A stretch of DNA of 58,480 nucleotides, from assembly GCA_015065175.1 (NCBI GenBank), contig SVQV01000001.1:1-58480 (forward strand). Direction: 5' to 3'. A program made the translations under genes and the position numbers. Of the stretch, positions 9,727 to 18,235 are shown in pieces. Source of the stretch: Oscillospiraceae bacterium. Lineage in GTDB: Bacteria > Bacillota > Clostridia > Oscillospirales > CAG-272. Positions within the stretch are counted from its first letter, which is position 1, and each line of letters starts with the position of its first letter. Below the pieces are notes generated by a model. That model worked only from the letters and a program-made list of their open reading frames with translations, was not told where the DNA came from and ran no database searches.

Positions 9727-9746
9727 ATGTTACAAAATGTTATAAA
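9727..9746. promoter_or_regulatory. Tandem direct repeat ATGTTACAAA-ATGTTATAAA (putative autoregulatory DeoR operator)
   Basis: It has 10-bp periodicity and lies immediately downstream of a TATAAT at 9720-9725 (with a TAGACG -35-like hexamer 17 nt upstream) and upstream of the DeoR RBS. Confidence 0.4.
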
Positions 9747-9772
9747 CTCTATGCTTTGAAACAGGAGGAGCC

Positions 9773-10522
9773 ATGAACCGTATTCGACAGGAACGAATAA
9801 AAAAATACATAGAAGGGCAGAGCGTTGCCACAATAAAGGAATTGCAGAAGGTGTTTCCCGAGGTCTCGCTTATGACACTGCACAGAGACTTAAGCGCGCT
9901 TGAGGAGATGGGAGTTATCACGAAATACCGCGGCGGTGCGCGCTCTGTACATCAGCCGGATGACATAGAATTCAATATAAGAATGAAGGAAAACAATGCG
10001 GGCAAGATGTCCATGATGAAAAAGGCGATAAAGCTTTTGCATCCGCAATGCTCGATATTTCTCGATGCCAGTACTTCTAATTTGATATTAGCGAGAAACT
10101 TGCCCGATGTGGACCTCAATATTACCACCATTGCGCCTAATATCGCAATTGAGCTTTGCCGTCTGAAAAATCCGACCGTCAACCTTTGCGGAGGCACGAT
10201 GAACGCAAAATCGCTTTCTGTTTCGGGTGCAAACACATTGGAAATGCTTGAAAGGATAAATATCGACATCGCCTTCATCGGCGTTTCGGGCTGCTCCTCC
10301 GAGGCGGGCTTTACCTGCGGAGCGGAGGCGGATATGCTTATAAAGAGGCTCGTTATAAGAAAAGCGCGCACACGTGTGGTAATTTGCGGCGCGGATAAAT
10401 TCAAGCGTCTTATGCCGTATACCTTCGCGGAGATTTCAGACGTGGACTATATAATCAGCGACGAGCCTCTGCCTGAGGATTTTGTCAGAAGGTGCGAGGA
10501 GTGCGGAGTAAAGATATTATAA
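9773..10522 (+). CDS. DeoR family transcriptional regulator
   Basis: 249 aa. N-terminal wHTH (RQERIKKYIEGQSVATIKELQKVFPEVSLMTLHRDL) and a C-terminal DeoR sugar-phosphate sensor domain (FLDASTSN...AFIGVSG). GGAGG lies 5 nt upstream of the ATG. Confidence 0.85.
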   Translation: MNRIRQERIKKYIEGQSVATIKELQKVFPEVSLMTLHRDLSALEEMGVITKYRGGARSVHQPDDIEFNIRMKENNAGKMSMMKKAIKLLHPQCSIFLDASTSNLILARNLPDVDLNITTIAPNIAIELCRLKNPTVNLCGGTMNAKSLSVSGANTLEMLERINIDIAFIGVSGCSSEAGFTCGAEADMLIKRLVIRKARTRVVICGADKFKRLMPYTFAEISDVDYIISDEPLPEDFVRRCEECGVKIL

Positions 10523-10561
10523 AATAAAGTGTATAAATTTTATAATTTTATCAAAAAGTGA

Positions 10562-10590
10562 TTGACACAAATGTTATAATATGTTATAAT
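10562..10590 (+). promoter_or_regulatory. Sigma-A type promoter of the E2-E3-E1 operon
   Basis: Consensus TTGACA (10562-10567), a 17-nt spacer, and consensus TATAAT (10585-10590). It lies about 30 nt upstream of the AGGAGG of the E2 gene. Confidence 0.6.
10571..10590. promoter_or_regulatory. Tandem direct repeat ATGTTATAAT x2 (putative DeoR operator overlapping spacer and -10)
   Basis: An exact 10-bp unit is repeated head-to-tail at 10571-10580 and 10581-10590. A related tandem pair lies in front of the adjacent DeoR gene. Confidence 0.45.
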
Positions 10591-10623
10591 AAACTGATAA
10601 TTATTTTTTTAGGAGGGTTTGTT

Positions 10624-11886
10624 TTGGCAAATGCTGTAATTATGCCCAAGGCCGGTATCACGGTAGAAAGCTGTATAATCGGTACATGGGAAAAGAAAGT
10701 TGGAGATTCGGTTAAGGTAGGAGACATTCTCTTTACATATGAAACCGATAAAGCGAGCTTTGAATGTGAATCTACCGCAGAAGGCACGCTTCTTGAAATA
10801 TTTTATAATGACGGCGATGAGGTGCCTTGTCTTGTAAACGTTTGCGCTATCGGAAACGCAGGCGAGGATTGCTCCGCGCTCCGTCCCGATTCCGCTGCCG
10901 CTCCCGCAGAGGAGAAGCCTGCCGAGGCTCCTGCGGCAGAAGCGAAAAAAGAGGAAGTCGCGCCCGTAGCCGCAACGGTACAGACGGGCGAAAAATCGGC
11001 TATTTCTCCGAGAGCTAAAAAGCTTGCAGAGCGTGCAGGAGTTGACGCTTCGCTCGCTACCCCCACAGGTCCTAACGGAAGAATAATCGAGCGTGATGTC
11101 AGAACGCTTATGGAAAATCCCGTTGTCGCTCCCGCAAAGGAGGAGGCAACTCCCGCTCCCGCACCTGTCGCAAATACCGCAATAGGAGATACGGAATATA
11201 CCGACGTCAAGTTCAGCGGAATACGCCGTGCTATCAGCAAGTCGATGCATACATCTCTTTCGACTATGGCTCAGCTTACACACAGCTCATCCTTCGATGC
11301 TACAAACATTCTTGCATACCGCAAGCTGCTCAAGGAGTCTGAGGGTGAGTATGCAGGTATTACGCTTGGAGATATCGTTCTCTATGCTGTTTCCAGAACG
11401 CTTCTTAATCACCCCGACCTTAATGCTCATATGCTTGACGACAACAATATCCGTTTGTTCAAGCACGTAAATCTCGGTGTGGCTATCGACACTCCCAGAG
11501 GGCTTATGGTTCCTGTTATATATCATGCGGATGAAAAGAGCCTTCTTGAAATTTCCAAGGAAGTAAAGGTTCTTGCCGCGGAGTGCCGTGAGGGCAATAT
11601 CAACCCCGACAAGATGACAGGCGGAACATTCACAGTTTCCAATCTCGGAAATCTCGGCATCGAGATGTTTACACCTGTTATAAATCCCCCTCAGACGGGT
11701 ATTCTCGGCGTGTGCTGCGCGACAGACCGTGTAAGAAAAGCACCCGACGGCTCGATTCAGATCTATCCCGCTATGGGACTCAGCCTGACATATGACCACC
11801 GTGCTGTAGACGGCGCTCCCGCATCCCGTCTCCTTAAGGAGCTTGGTCAGAATCTCGAAAAATTCACCGCGCTTCTTGCGAAATAA
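10624..11886 (+). CDS. 2-oxoacid dehydrogenase complex E2 (dihydrolipoamide acyltransferase)
   Basis: ORF 10558..11886. AGGAGG at 10611-10616 favours the TTG at 10624; the ATG at 10642 is an alternative. Lipoyl domain with ETDKA lysine, Ala/Pro linkers, a peripheral subunit-binding domain (SPRAKKLAERAGVD..GPNGRI), and a catalytic domain with DHRAVDG. Confidence 0.9.
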   Translation: MANAVIMPKAGITVESCIIGTWEKKVGDSVKVGDILFTYETDKASFECESTAEGTLLEIFYNDGDEVPCLVNVCAIGNAGEDCSALRPDSAAAPAEEKPAEAPAAEAKKEEVAPVAATVQTGEKSAISPRAKKLAERAGVDASLATPTGPNGRIIERDVRTLMENPVVAPAKEEATPAPAPVANTAIGDTEYTDVKFSGIRRAISKSMHTSLSTMAQLTHSSSFDATNILAYRKLLKESEGEYAGITLGDIVLYAVSRTLLNHPDLNAHMLDDNNIRLFKHVNLGVAIDTPRGLMVPVIYHADEKSLLEISKEVKVLAAECREGNINPDKMTGGTFTVSNLGNLGIEMFTPVINPPQTGILGVCCATDRVRKAPDGSIQIYPAMGLSLTYDHRAVDGAPASRLLKELGQNLEKFTALLAK

Positions 11887-11898
11887 GGAGAAAAAGAT

Positions 11899-13266
11899 AT
11901 GGAAATTTTTGATTTGTTAGTTCTGGGCGGAGGTCCCGGCGGATATCTTTGCGCAGAGCGTGCGGCTCAGGGCGGCATGAAGGTTGCCGTTTTTGAGAAA
12001 AAGGCGCTCGGCGGAACATGTCTTAACGAGGGATGCATCCCCACAAAGACATTCTTGAATTCATCTAAAATGTACAGACACGCGAAGGAAAGTGAGGCGT
12101 TCGGAGTTACTGCTACGGGCGTTACTTACGATCATGCGAAGGTCGTTGAGAGAAAGAACGGAGTAGTCAAGACACTCGTTGCGGGTGTCGGAGCTACCAT
12201 GAAGGGAAACAAGGTCACAGTAATCAGCGCAAACGCTGTTGTTAAGGGCAAAACCGAAAACGGCTTCGCAGTTGAAGCTGACGGTGTGCTTTACGAGGGC
12301 AAGCGACTCACTATCGCATCAGGCTCCGAGACCGTAGTTCCTCCTGTTCCCGGTCTTAAGGAAGGACTCGCGAGCGGATTTGTTCTCACTAACCGCGAAG
12401 TCCTTGACGAAAAGACACTCCCGAAGACACTCGTTGTTATCGGAGGCGGTGTTATAGGTCTTGAAATGGCGTACTACTTCGCGAGTGTAGGTGTTTCGGT
12501 TACTGTAATCGAAATGATGCCCAAGATTGCGGGCGCGACCGATCCCGAGATCTGTAAGGTCCTCACTGATGCTTTCACGAAGCGCGGCATGACATTCAAG
12601 CTTTCCTGCAAGGTGCTTGAGGTCAAGGCAGGATCTGTTGTATACGAGGAAAACGGAGAGAAGAAGGAAATAGCCTGTGACAAGGTTCTGCTTTCCGCAG
12701 GACGTAAGCCTTCTACCGCAGGTATAGGACTCGAAACTCTTCAGCTCGATATGGACAGAGCCGCAATAAAAACAGACAGACATCTCTGCACCAATATTTC
12801 GGGTGTTTACGCTGTCGGCGACTGTAACGGAAAGCTTATGCTGGCTCACACCGCATACAGAGAGGCTGAGGTTGCCGTAAACCATATGCTCGGCAAGAGT
12901 GACGAGATGAGATATGATGTTATCCCCTCTGTCATCTATACAGACCCCGAGGTTGCAAGCGTAGGCTACAGTAAGGAAGCTGCCGAAGAAAAGGGAATGC
13001 ATGTCAAGGAAGTAAAGCTTCCCATGTCATATGCGGGACGTTATCTCGCAGAGACCGACGGCGGAAAGGGCTTTATAAAGCTCGTTGTCGATACCGATAA
13101 GAACCGCCTTGTCGGCTGTCATATGGTTGGCTCTTACGCATCCGAGATCATTATGACCGCTACTATGATGATAGACACAGAGCTTACACCTACCAGACTC
13201 AAGAAGCTTGTCTTCCCGCATCCTACCGTTGCGGAGATAATTCGTGAAGCTATATTCCACATTTGA
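11899..13266 (+). CDS. lpdA: Dihydrolipoyl dehydrogenase (E3)
   Basis: 455 aa. FAD motif VLGGGPGGY, redox disulfide GGTCLNEGCIPTK, NAD motif VIGGGVIGLE, and a C-terminal HPT..E dimer-interface motif. Confidence 0.9.
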   Translation: MEIFDLLVLGGGPGGYLCAERAAQGGMKVAVFEKKALGGTCLNEGCIPTKTFLNSSKMYRHAKESEAFGVTATGVTYDHAKVVERKNGVVKTLVAGVGATMKGNKVTVISANAVVKGKTENGFAVEADGVLYEGKRLTIASGSETVVPPVPGLKEGLASGFVLTNREVLDEKTLPKTLVVIGGGVIGLEMAYYFASVGVSVTVIEMMPKIAGATDPEICKVLTDAFTKRGMTFKLSCKVLEVKAGSVVYEENGEKKEIACDKVLLSAGRKPSTAGIGLETLQLDMDRAAIKTDRHLCTNISGVYAVGDCNGKLMLAHTAYREAEVAVNHMLGKSDEMRYDVIPSVIYTDPEVASVGYSKEAAEEKGMHVKEVKLPMSYAGRYLAETDGGKGFIKLVVDTDKNRLVGCHMVGSYASEIIMTATMMIDTELTPTRLKKLVFPHPTVAEIIREAIFHI

Positions 13267-13303
13267 GAAATAAATTTACAATAATCATATAGGAGAAATC
13301 AAA

Positions 13304-15769
13304 ATGCCAAAGAATTTATTCGTAGATCCTAAGGAAACATTGGCACCCGGTAAGATCACCTTCAAGAGCATTCCGGTAAATGCCTACAATAAGACGATAA
13401 AGGAAGAAAGAAGCCGTTACAGTGATGACGATCTCGTTCGTATCTACCGTGATATTGCTGTTCTTCGTGAGTTTGAGTCGATGCTCAATCAGATAAAGAC
13501 ACAGGGGCTTTACAACGGTATCGAGACTACATATCCCGGCCCCGCGCACCTTTCTATCGGACAGGAGGCTGCTGCCGTAGGTCAGGCTTACCTTCTTGAT
13601 CAGAACGACTTCTCGTTCGGTTCTCACCGCAGCCATTCCGAAATTCTCGCAAAGGCTCTTTCCTGTATCAATAAGCTCAGCGAGCAGGAGCTTATGACCA
13701 TAATGGAGGGCTTCCTCGGCGGTTCAGCTCTTCGCGCGACTGAAAAGCTCGGCCCTGTCAGCGATGTTAAGGAGCTGGCTATCCGTTTCATTCTTTACGG
13801 AACGCTTTCCGAGATATTCGCACGTGACACAGGCTTCCACAAGGGTATGGGCGGCTCTATGCACGCATTCTTCCTGCCCTTCGGTATTTATCCCAACAAT
13901 GCGATAGTTGGCGGTTCTGCCGCAATAGCTACGGGTGCCGCACTCTTCAAGAAGATAAACGGCAAGCAGGGTATCGTTGTATGTAACTCGGGTGACGGCT
14001 CTATGGCTCGCGGTCCTGTTTGGGAAGCTATGAACTTTGCCGCTATGGATCAGTTCAATACCCTTTGGGAAAATCATAAGGGCGGTATGCCTATTCTTTA
14101 TAACGTATTCAATAACTCCTACGGTATGGGCGACCAGACCCGCGGAGAGACTATGGGTTACGATATGCTTGCCCGTATCGGCTCGGGTGTAAGCCCCACT
14201 CAGTTCCATGCTGAGCGTGTAAACGGCTTTAATCCTCTCGCAGTTATCGACGCTATGGAGAGAAAGCTCAAGATACTTCGCAAGGGTGAAGGTCCCGTTC
14301 TTCTCGATACTCTTACATACCGTTATTCAGGTCACTCAACATCCGACCAGAACGCATACCGTACAAAAGAGGAGATCGACGCATGGCGTGAGATCGACCC
14401 GATCATCACATACCGTAAGGGACTTGTTGACGCAGGTGTTGTCGGTGACGCTAAGCTCGACGATATCCTTGCCGAGACTGCAGAGCGTATGACTCTTATC
14501 TGCAAGGCGGCATCCGATCCCGAGATCAGCCCCTATGTTGACTTCCGTAAGGATCCCGCAGTTGTTGAGCGTCTTATGTTCTCCAATCAGAAGATAGAAA
14601 AGCTCGATGACCGTGAGCCCGAAGTAAATATGCCTCTTTCTGAGGTTCCCTCCTACAAGAAGCTCAAGGAAAAGGAGCGTTGCCCCATAGTTGACGGCAA
14701 GCCTGTTTCCAAGATGAAGCTCTTCAACCTCCGTGACGCATTGTCCGAGGTTATATATGACAGATTTTACGAGGATCCCACACTTATCGCTTACGGCGAG
14801 GACTGCCGTGACTGGGGCGGCGCGTTTGCCGTTTACCGCGGTATGATGGATGCATTCCCGCACTGCCGTTTGTTCAACTCTCCCATTGCCGAGGCTGCCA
14901 TAGTCGGTACAGCGGTAGGTTACGCAGTTTCGGGCGGCCGCGCGCTCGTTGAGCTTATGTACGCTGACTTTATCGGATGCGCAGGCGACGAGATATTCAA
15001 CCAGATGTCCAAGTGGCAGGCAATGAGCGCAGGTATCCTTAAGATGCCCGTAGTGCTTCGTGTTTCTGTCGGCTCCAAGTACGGCGCACAGCATAGCCAG
15101 GACTGGACCGCGCTTTGCGCTCACATTCCGGGTCTTAAGGTATGCTTCCCCGCAACACCTTGGGAGGCTAAGGGTCTTATGGAATCTGCTCTTAAGGGCA
15201 CAGACCCTGTTGTATTCTTCGAAAGCCAGAGAATTTACGATGTCGGCGAGCAGTTCCACGAGGGCGGAGTTCCCGCAGAGCGCTACGAGATCGAGATCGG
15301 TGATACAAATAAGGTTCGCGACGGTAAGGACGTTACAATTCTTACAATAGGAGCGGCTCTTTACCGTGCAGTTGATGCCGCAAAGCAGCTCTCCGAAAAG
15401 TACGGCATGGAAGCAGATATCATCAACATTCACTCTCTCGTTCCCTTGGATTACACAAAGATCATTGAGTCTGTCAAGAAGACAGGTCGTGTAGTTCTGG
15501 TTTCCGATGCTTGCTCAAGAGGCTCCTTCATGAACGATGTCGCAAAGAATATCACAGAGCTTTGCTTCGACTATCTCGATGCACCGCCTGTAGTTGTCGG
15601 CGCACGCAACTGGATCACACCTCCCTTCGAGTTTGACCAGTTCTTCTTCCCGCAGCCTTCTTGGATCCTTGATGCTATCCACGAAAAGCTCGTTCCCTTG
15701 CAGGGACACGTTGTTCAGGACGGTTGCACCGAGGCTGAGGCTATCCGCCGCGCGCAGAAGGGCGTATAA
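13304..15769 (+). CDS. Fused E1 alpha/beta subunit of a TPP-dependent 2-oxoacid dehydrogenase
   Basis: 821 aa. The N-terminal half is E1-alpha with a TPP motif (GDGSMARGPVWEAMNFA...N). The C-terminal half is E1-beta/transketolase-like (LIAYGEDC..GGAF...FNSPIAEAAIVG, PVVFFESQ). It is one uninterrupted frame. Confidence 0.85.
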   Translation: MPKNLFVDPKETLAPGKITFKSIPVNAYNKTIKEERSRYSDDDLVRIYRDIAVLREFESMLNQIKTQGLYNGIETTYPGPAHLSIGQEAAAVGQAYLLDQNDFSFGSHRSHSEILAKALSCINKLSEQELMTIMEGFLGGSALRATEKLGPVSDVKELAIRFILYGTLSEIFARDTGFHKGMGGSMHAFFLPFGIYPNNAIVGGSAAIATGAALFKKINGKQGIVVCNSGDGSMARGPVWEAMNFAAMDQFNTLWENHKGGMPILYNVFNNSYGMGDQTRGETMGYDMLARIGSGVSPTQFHAERVNGFNPLAVIDAMERKLKILRKGEGPVLLDTLTYRYSGHSTSDQNAYRTKEEIDAWREIDPIITYRKGLVDAGVVGDAKLDDILAETAERMTLICKAASDPEISPYVDFRKDPAVVERLMFSNQKIEKLDDREPEVNMPLSEVPSYKKLKEKERCPIVDGKPVSKMKLFNLRDALSEVIYDRFYEDPTLIAYGEDCRDWGGAFAVYRGMMDAFPHCRLFNSPIAEAAIVGTAVGYAVSGGRALVELMYADFIGCAGDEIFNQMSKWQAMSAGILKMPVVLRVSVGSKYGAQHSQDWTALCAHIPGLKVCFPATPWEAKGLMESALKGTDPVVFFESQRIYDVGEQFHEGGVPAERYEIEIGDTNKVRDGKDVTILTIGAALYRAVDAAKQLSEKYGMEADIINIHSLVPLDYTKIIESVKKTGRVVLVSDACSRGSFMNDVAKNITELCFDYLDAPPVVVGARNWITPPFEFDQFFFPQPSWILDAIHEKLVPLQGHVVQDGCTEAEAIRRAQKGV

Positions 15770-15789
15770 TCCGACAGGACGGCTCTGTT

Positions 15790-16422
15790 ATGCTTGATAT
15801 TACGGTAACACGAACGGCAAACGCAGGAGCTATTATAGAAATGGACGGCACTCGCATTCTCCTTGACGGAGTTTGCGAGCCTCTGCCGCCATACATAGGA
15901 ACACCTGCGGCGATAAGAGACTCGCTTATGCGAGAAATGCCCGATGTGTTGGCGTTTACTCACAAGCACCCCGATCATTACGATCCGTCTTACGCTGAAA
16001 TTTATAAGGAAAAGACTCTCAGGCAGATTTATACGCCTGAGAGCCTACCTTTTTATGAGCTTGAAAACGGGATCGGGTTGTATTTGTGCGCGACACGCCA
16101 TATCGGAAAGACCGATATTCCTCACGTGAGCTATGTCATAGAGGGTAGCTCTACCGTTTGGTTTATGGGGGATGCCTCTCCGCTTTCTCTTAGGAAAATG
16201 ACTGAATACCCCAAGCCTGATCTTTTGATAGTCCCGTTTGCGTATGCTATCACGCCTTCTGCGTGGCGTATGACGAAGGAAACGGGCGCACAAAAGATTT
16301 TGCTTCTCCATATGCCGCCGCGTGAGGATGATGCGGAAGGACTTTGGGATATGGTGAAAGGGACTGTGAAAGAGGACACTTCGCTTTTTACATTAAATGT
16401 CGGAGAAAAGACCCGCCTTTGA
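15790..16422 (+). CDS. MBL-fold metallo-hydrolase
   Basis: 210 aa. H.H.DH motif (FTHKHPDHYD). It lies 20 nt downstream of the E1 gene, apparently in the same operon. Confidence 0.7.
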   Translation: MLDITVTRTANAGAIIEMDGTRILLDGVCEPLPPYIGTPAAIRDSLMREMPDVLAFTHKHPDHYDPSYAEIYKEKTLRQIYTPESLPFYELENGIGLYLCATRHIGKTDIPHVSYVIEGSSTVWFMGDASPLSLRKMTEYPKPDLLIVPFAYAITPSAWRMTKETGAQKILLLHMPPREDDAEGLWDMVKGTVKEDTSLFTLNVGEKTRL

Positions 16423-16464
16423 AGTCCCTCATAAAAATCGGCTCGAAAAACAAACAAAATACGA

Positions 16465-16503
16465 AAAATCGGCAGTCTCAAGTGAATTTGGGACTGCCTT
16501 TTA
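16465..16503. terminator. Bidirectional terminator between the MBL hydrolase gene and the esterase operon
   Basis: GGCAGTCTCA-loop-TGGGACTGCC (one mismatch), preceded by AAAAATC and followed by TTTTAC. Confidence 0.6.
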
Positions 16504-16531
16504 CTATAGTTATTATGTTGTTTATCTGCGC

Positions 16532-17371
16532 TCAGGAGAGCCAGCCGATATATTTAAGCCATTCTTCAAGCAGGTCAGCCCAGCGGCATACGTGAGACAT
16601 TATTTTCTCGTCGCATCTGCCTACCCATTTGTTGTTTTTCGCAAGTCCGAGGCCGTGAGGTCCTTCGGGGAAGATGTGCATTTCTACAGGCACGTTCTTG
16701 CGGCGGAGCGCACTTGCATATGCATAGCTCTGTATAACGTTTACCGAAAGGTCATTTGCGGTATGCCAGATGAATGCCTGCGGAGTATTCTCGTCTGCCA
16801 ACAGGTCGGGTGAAAATTTCTTTGCGTTTTCGGGGCTGAAATCGTCTCCCATAAGGTTTGTAAATGTACCGACATTCAGTATTTCTTCGTCTGCGGCAGA
16901 GCTTACCGCATAGCACAAGATCTGCGCATTTGGAATAGCGTTTTCCTCGTCTATTTCATCTACGCCTTCACCGTCTACCTTTTCCTTGTAGGTAGAGACG
17001 AATGCGGCAAGGTGACCGCCGGCTGACGAGCCGATAACGGCTATCTTTTCTTTGTCTATTCCGTATTTTTCCGCATAATAGCGCACAAAGCGTACTCCTC
17101 GCCTTGCGTCAAGAAGCTGGGCGGGGAAGTGGTCGGGAATCACTCTGTAATCCACAACGAATGAGTCTACTCCTATACTTGAAAAGAACTCTGCATATCC
17201 GTCACTTTCGTGTACTGCGCGGCTTTTGTATCCGCCGCCTGCAAATATTACTATAGCGGCATCGCTCTTTTTCTCTTTTGCGGGAAAATATCTTATAACT
17301 GTTGAGTTTTCATCATTCTCCCAGAGCTTATGCTCACTTTTGTTTACATCAAAATCATTTATTGCTATCAT
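16532..17371 (-). CDS. Alpha/beta hydrolase (esterase, Abhydrolase_3/BD-FAE-like), paralog 1
   Basis: 279 aa. Oxyanion motif IFAGGGY, nucleophile elbow GSSAGGH, and a C-terminal H in FPEGPHG. It aligns full-length with the two upstream paralogs. Confidence 0.75.
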   Translation of the reverse strand: MIAINDFDVNKSEHKLWENDENSTVIRYFPAKEKKSDAAIVIFAGGGYKSRAVHESDGYAEFFSSIGVDSFVVDYRVIPDHFPAQLLDARRGVRFVRYYAEKYGIDKEKIAVIGSSAGGHLAAFVSTYKEKVDGEGVDEIDEENAIPNAQILCYAVSSAADEEILNVGTFTNLMGDDFSPENAKKFSPDLLADENTPQAFIWHTANDLSVNVIQSYAYASALRRKNVPVEMHIFPEGPHGLGLAKNNKWVGRCDEKIMSHVCRWADLLEEWLKYIGWLS

Positions 17372-17383
17372 TTTTTGTTATCC

Positions 17384-18217
17384 TCAATCAATATAACCTA
17401 TATAAGAGAACCAAGTAAGAAGCATCTGACTCCATCTTCCTACGTGGCGGCGCATCTTCTTTGCCTCTTCGTCCAGGCTGGCGTGAAGTACGCAAAGACC
17501 GAGTCCGTGTGGGCCTTCGGGGAAAATATGCATTTCAACGGGTACGTTCTTGCGGCGGAGTGCGCTTGCGTACACGTAGCTGTTTATTACGTTTACTCCG
17601 TCGGGGGCGGTGTGCCAGATAAATGCCTGGGGAGTTTTCTCGTCTGCTATCAGTTCGGGTGAGACATTCGGCGCAAAATCGAGGTTATCCTCACCTAAAA
17701 GGTTAAGTCCCGAGCCTCTGTGCCAGATTGTATCGTCTACTGTGCTTATTACGGGATAGCAGAGTATCTGCGCGTTGGGAAGATAGCATTCATTATCTAT
17801 CTCGTCGATGCCCTCGCCCTCTATTTCGCCCCTATAGGTCGAAACGAGTGCGGCAAGGTGACCGCCCGCAGACGAGCCCATAACAGCAACCTTTGAAGCA
17901 TCAATACCGAATTTTTCCGAATAATAGCGGACAAATCTTACAGCACGTCTTGCGTCGGCGAGAGGCTTTGGAAAGTAGTCGGGAGCAACTCTGTAATCAA
18001 CGACAAAGGCACTTATTCCGTTTTCTGCTAAAAATTCAGCATAAGCTTTGCCCTCATGCTCGGCTCTGTGGGTGTAAGCGCCTCCGGGGAAAATTACGAT
18101 AGCGGCATCGGATTTTTTGTTTATTGCAGGAAAAAAATGAATAAGCGTGGAGCTTTCATCTTCCTGCCATAGGCGATGCTCCTCTTTAGTTACGTCAAAA
18201 TTTTTAATATCAACCAT
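17384..18217 (-). CDS. Alpha/beta hydrolase (esterase), paralog 2
   Basis: 277 aa. IFPGGAY, GSSAGGH, FPEGPHG. It shares long identical stretches with paralog 3 (NAQILCYPVISTVDDTIWHRGSGLNLLGEDNLDFAPNVSP). Confidence 0.75.
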   Translation of the reverse strand: MVDIKNFDVTKEEHRLWQEDESSTLIHFFPAINKKSDAAIVIFPGGAYTHRAEHEGKAYAEFLAENGISAFVVDYRVAPDYFPKPLADARRAVRFVRYYSEKFGIDASKVAVMGSSAGGHLAALVSTYRGEIEGEGIDEIDNECYLPNAQILCYPVISTVDDTIWHRGSGLNLLGEDNLDFAPNVSPELIADEKTPQAFIWHTAPDGVNVINSYVYASALRRKNVPVEMHIFPEGPHGLGLCVLHASLDEEAKKMRRHVGRWSQMLLTWFSYIGYID

Positions 18218-18235
18218 TTTGTTATTTCCTTCGTT

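Noticed and set aside
14336-15433. Long antisense ORFs inside well-supported genes: 365 aa (14336..15433 in E1), 366 aa (42601..43701 in uvrB), 329 aa (38758..39747 in the glycoside hydrolase), 287 aa (6423..7286 in rqcH), 227 aa (12319..13002 in lpd), and 236 aa (18296..19006 in esterase 3).
   Set aside because: Each overlaps a sense-strand protein with clear family motifs. The antisense translations are Cys/Arg/Leu-rich with no motifs or RBS. I consider them shadow ORFs.
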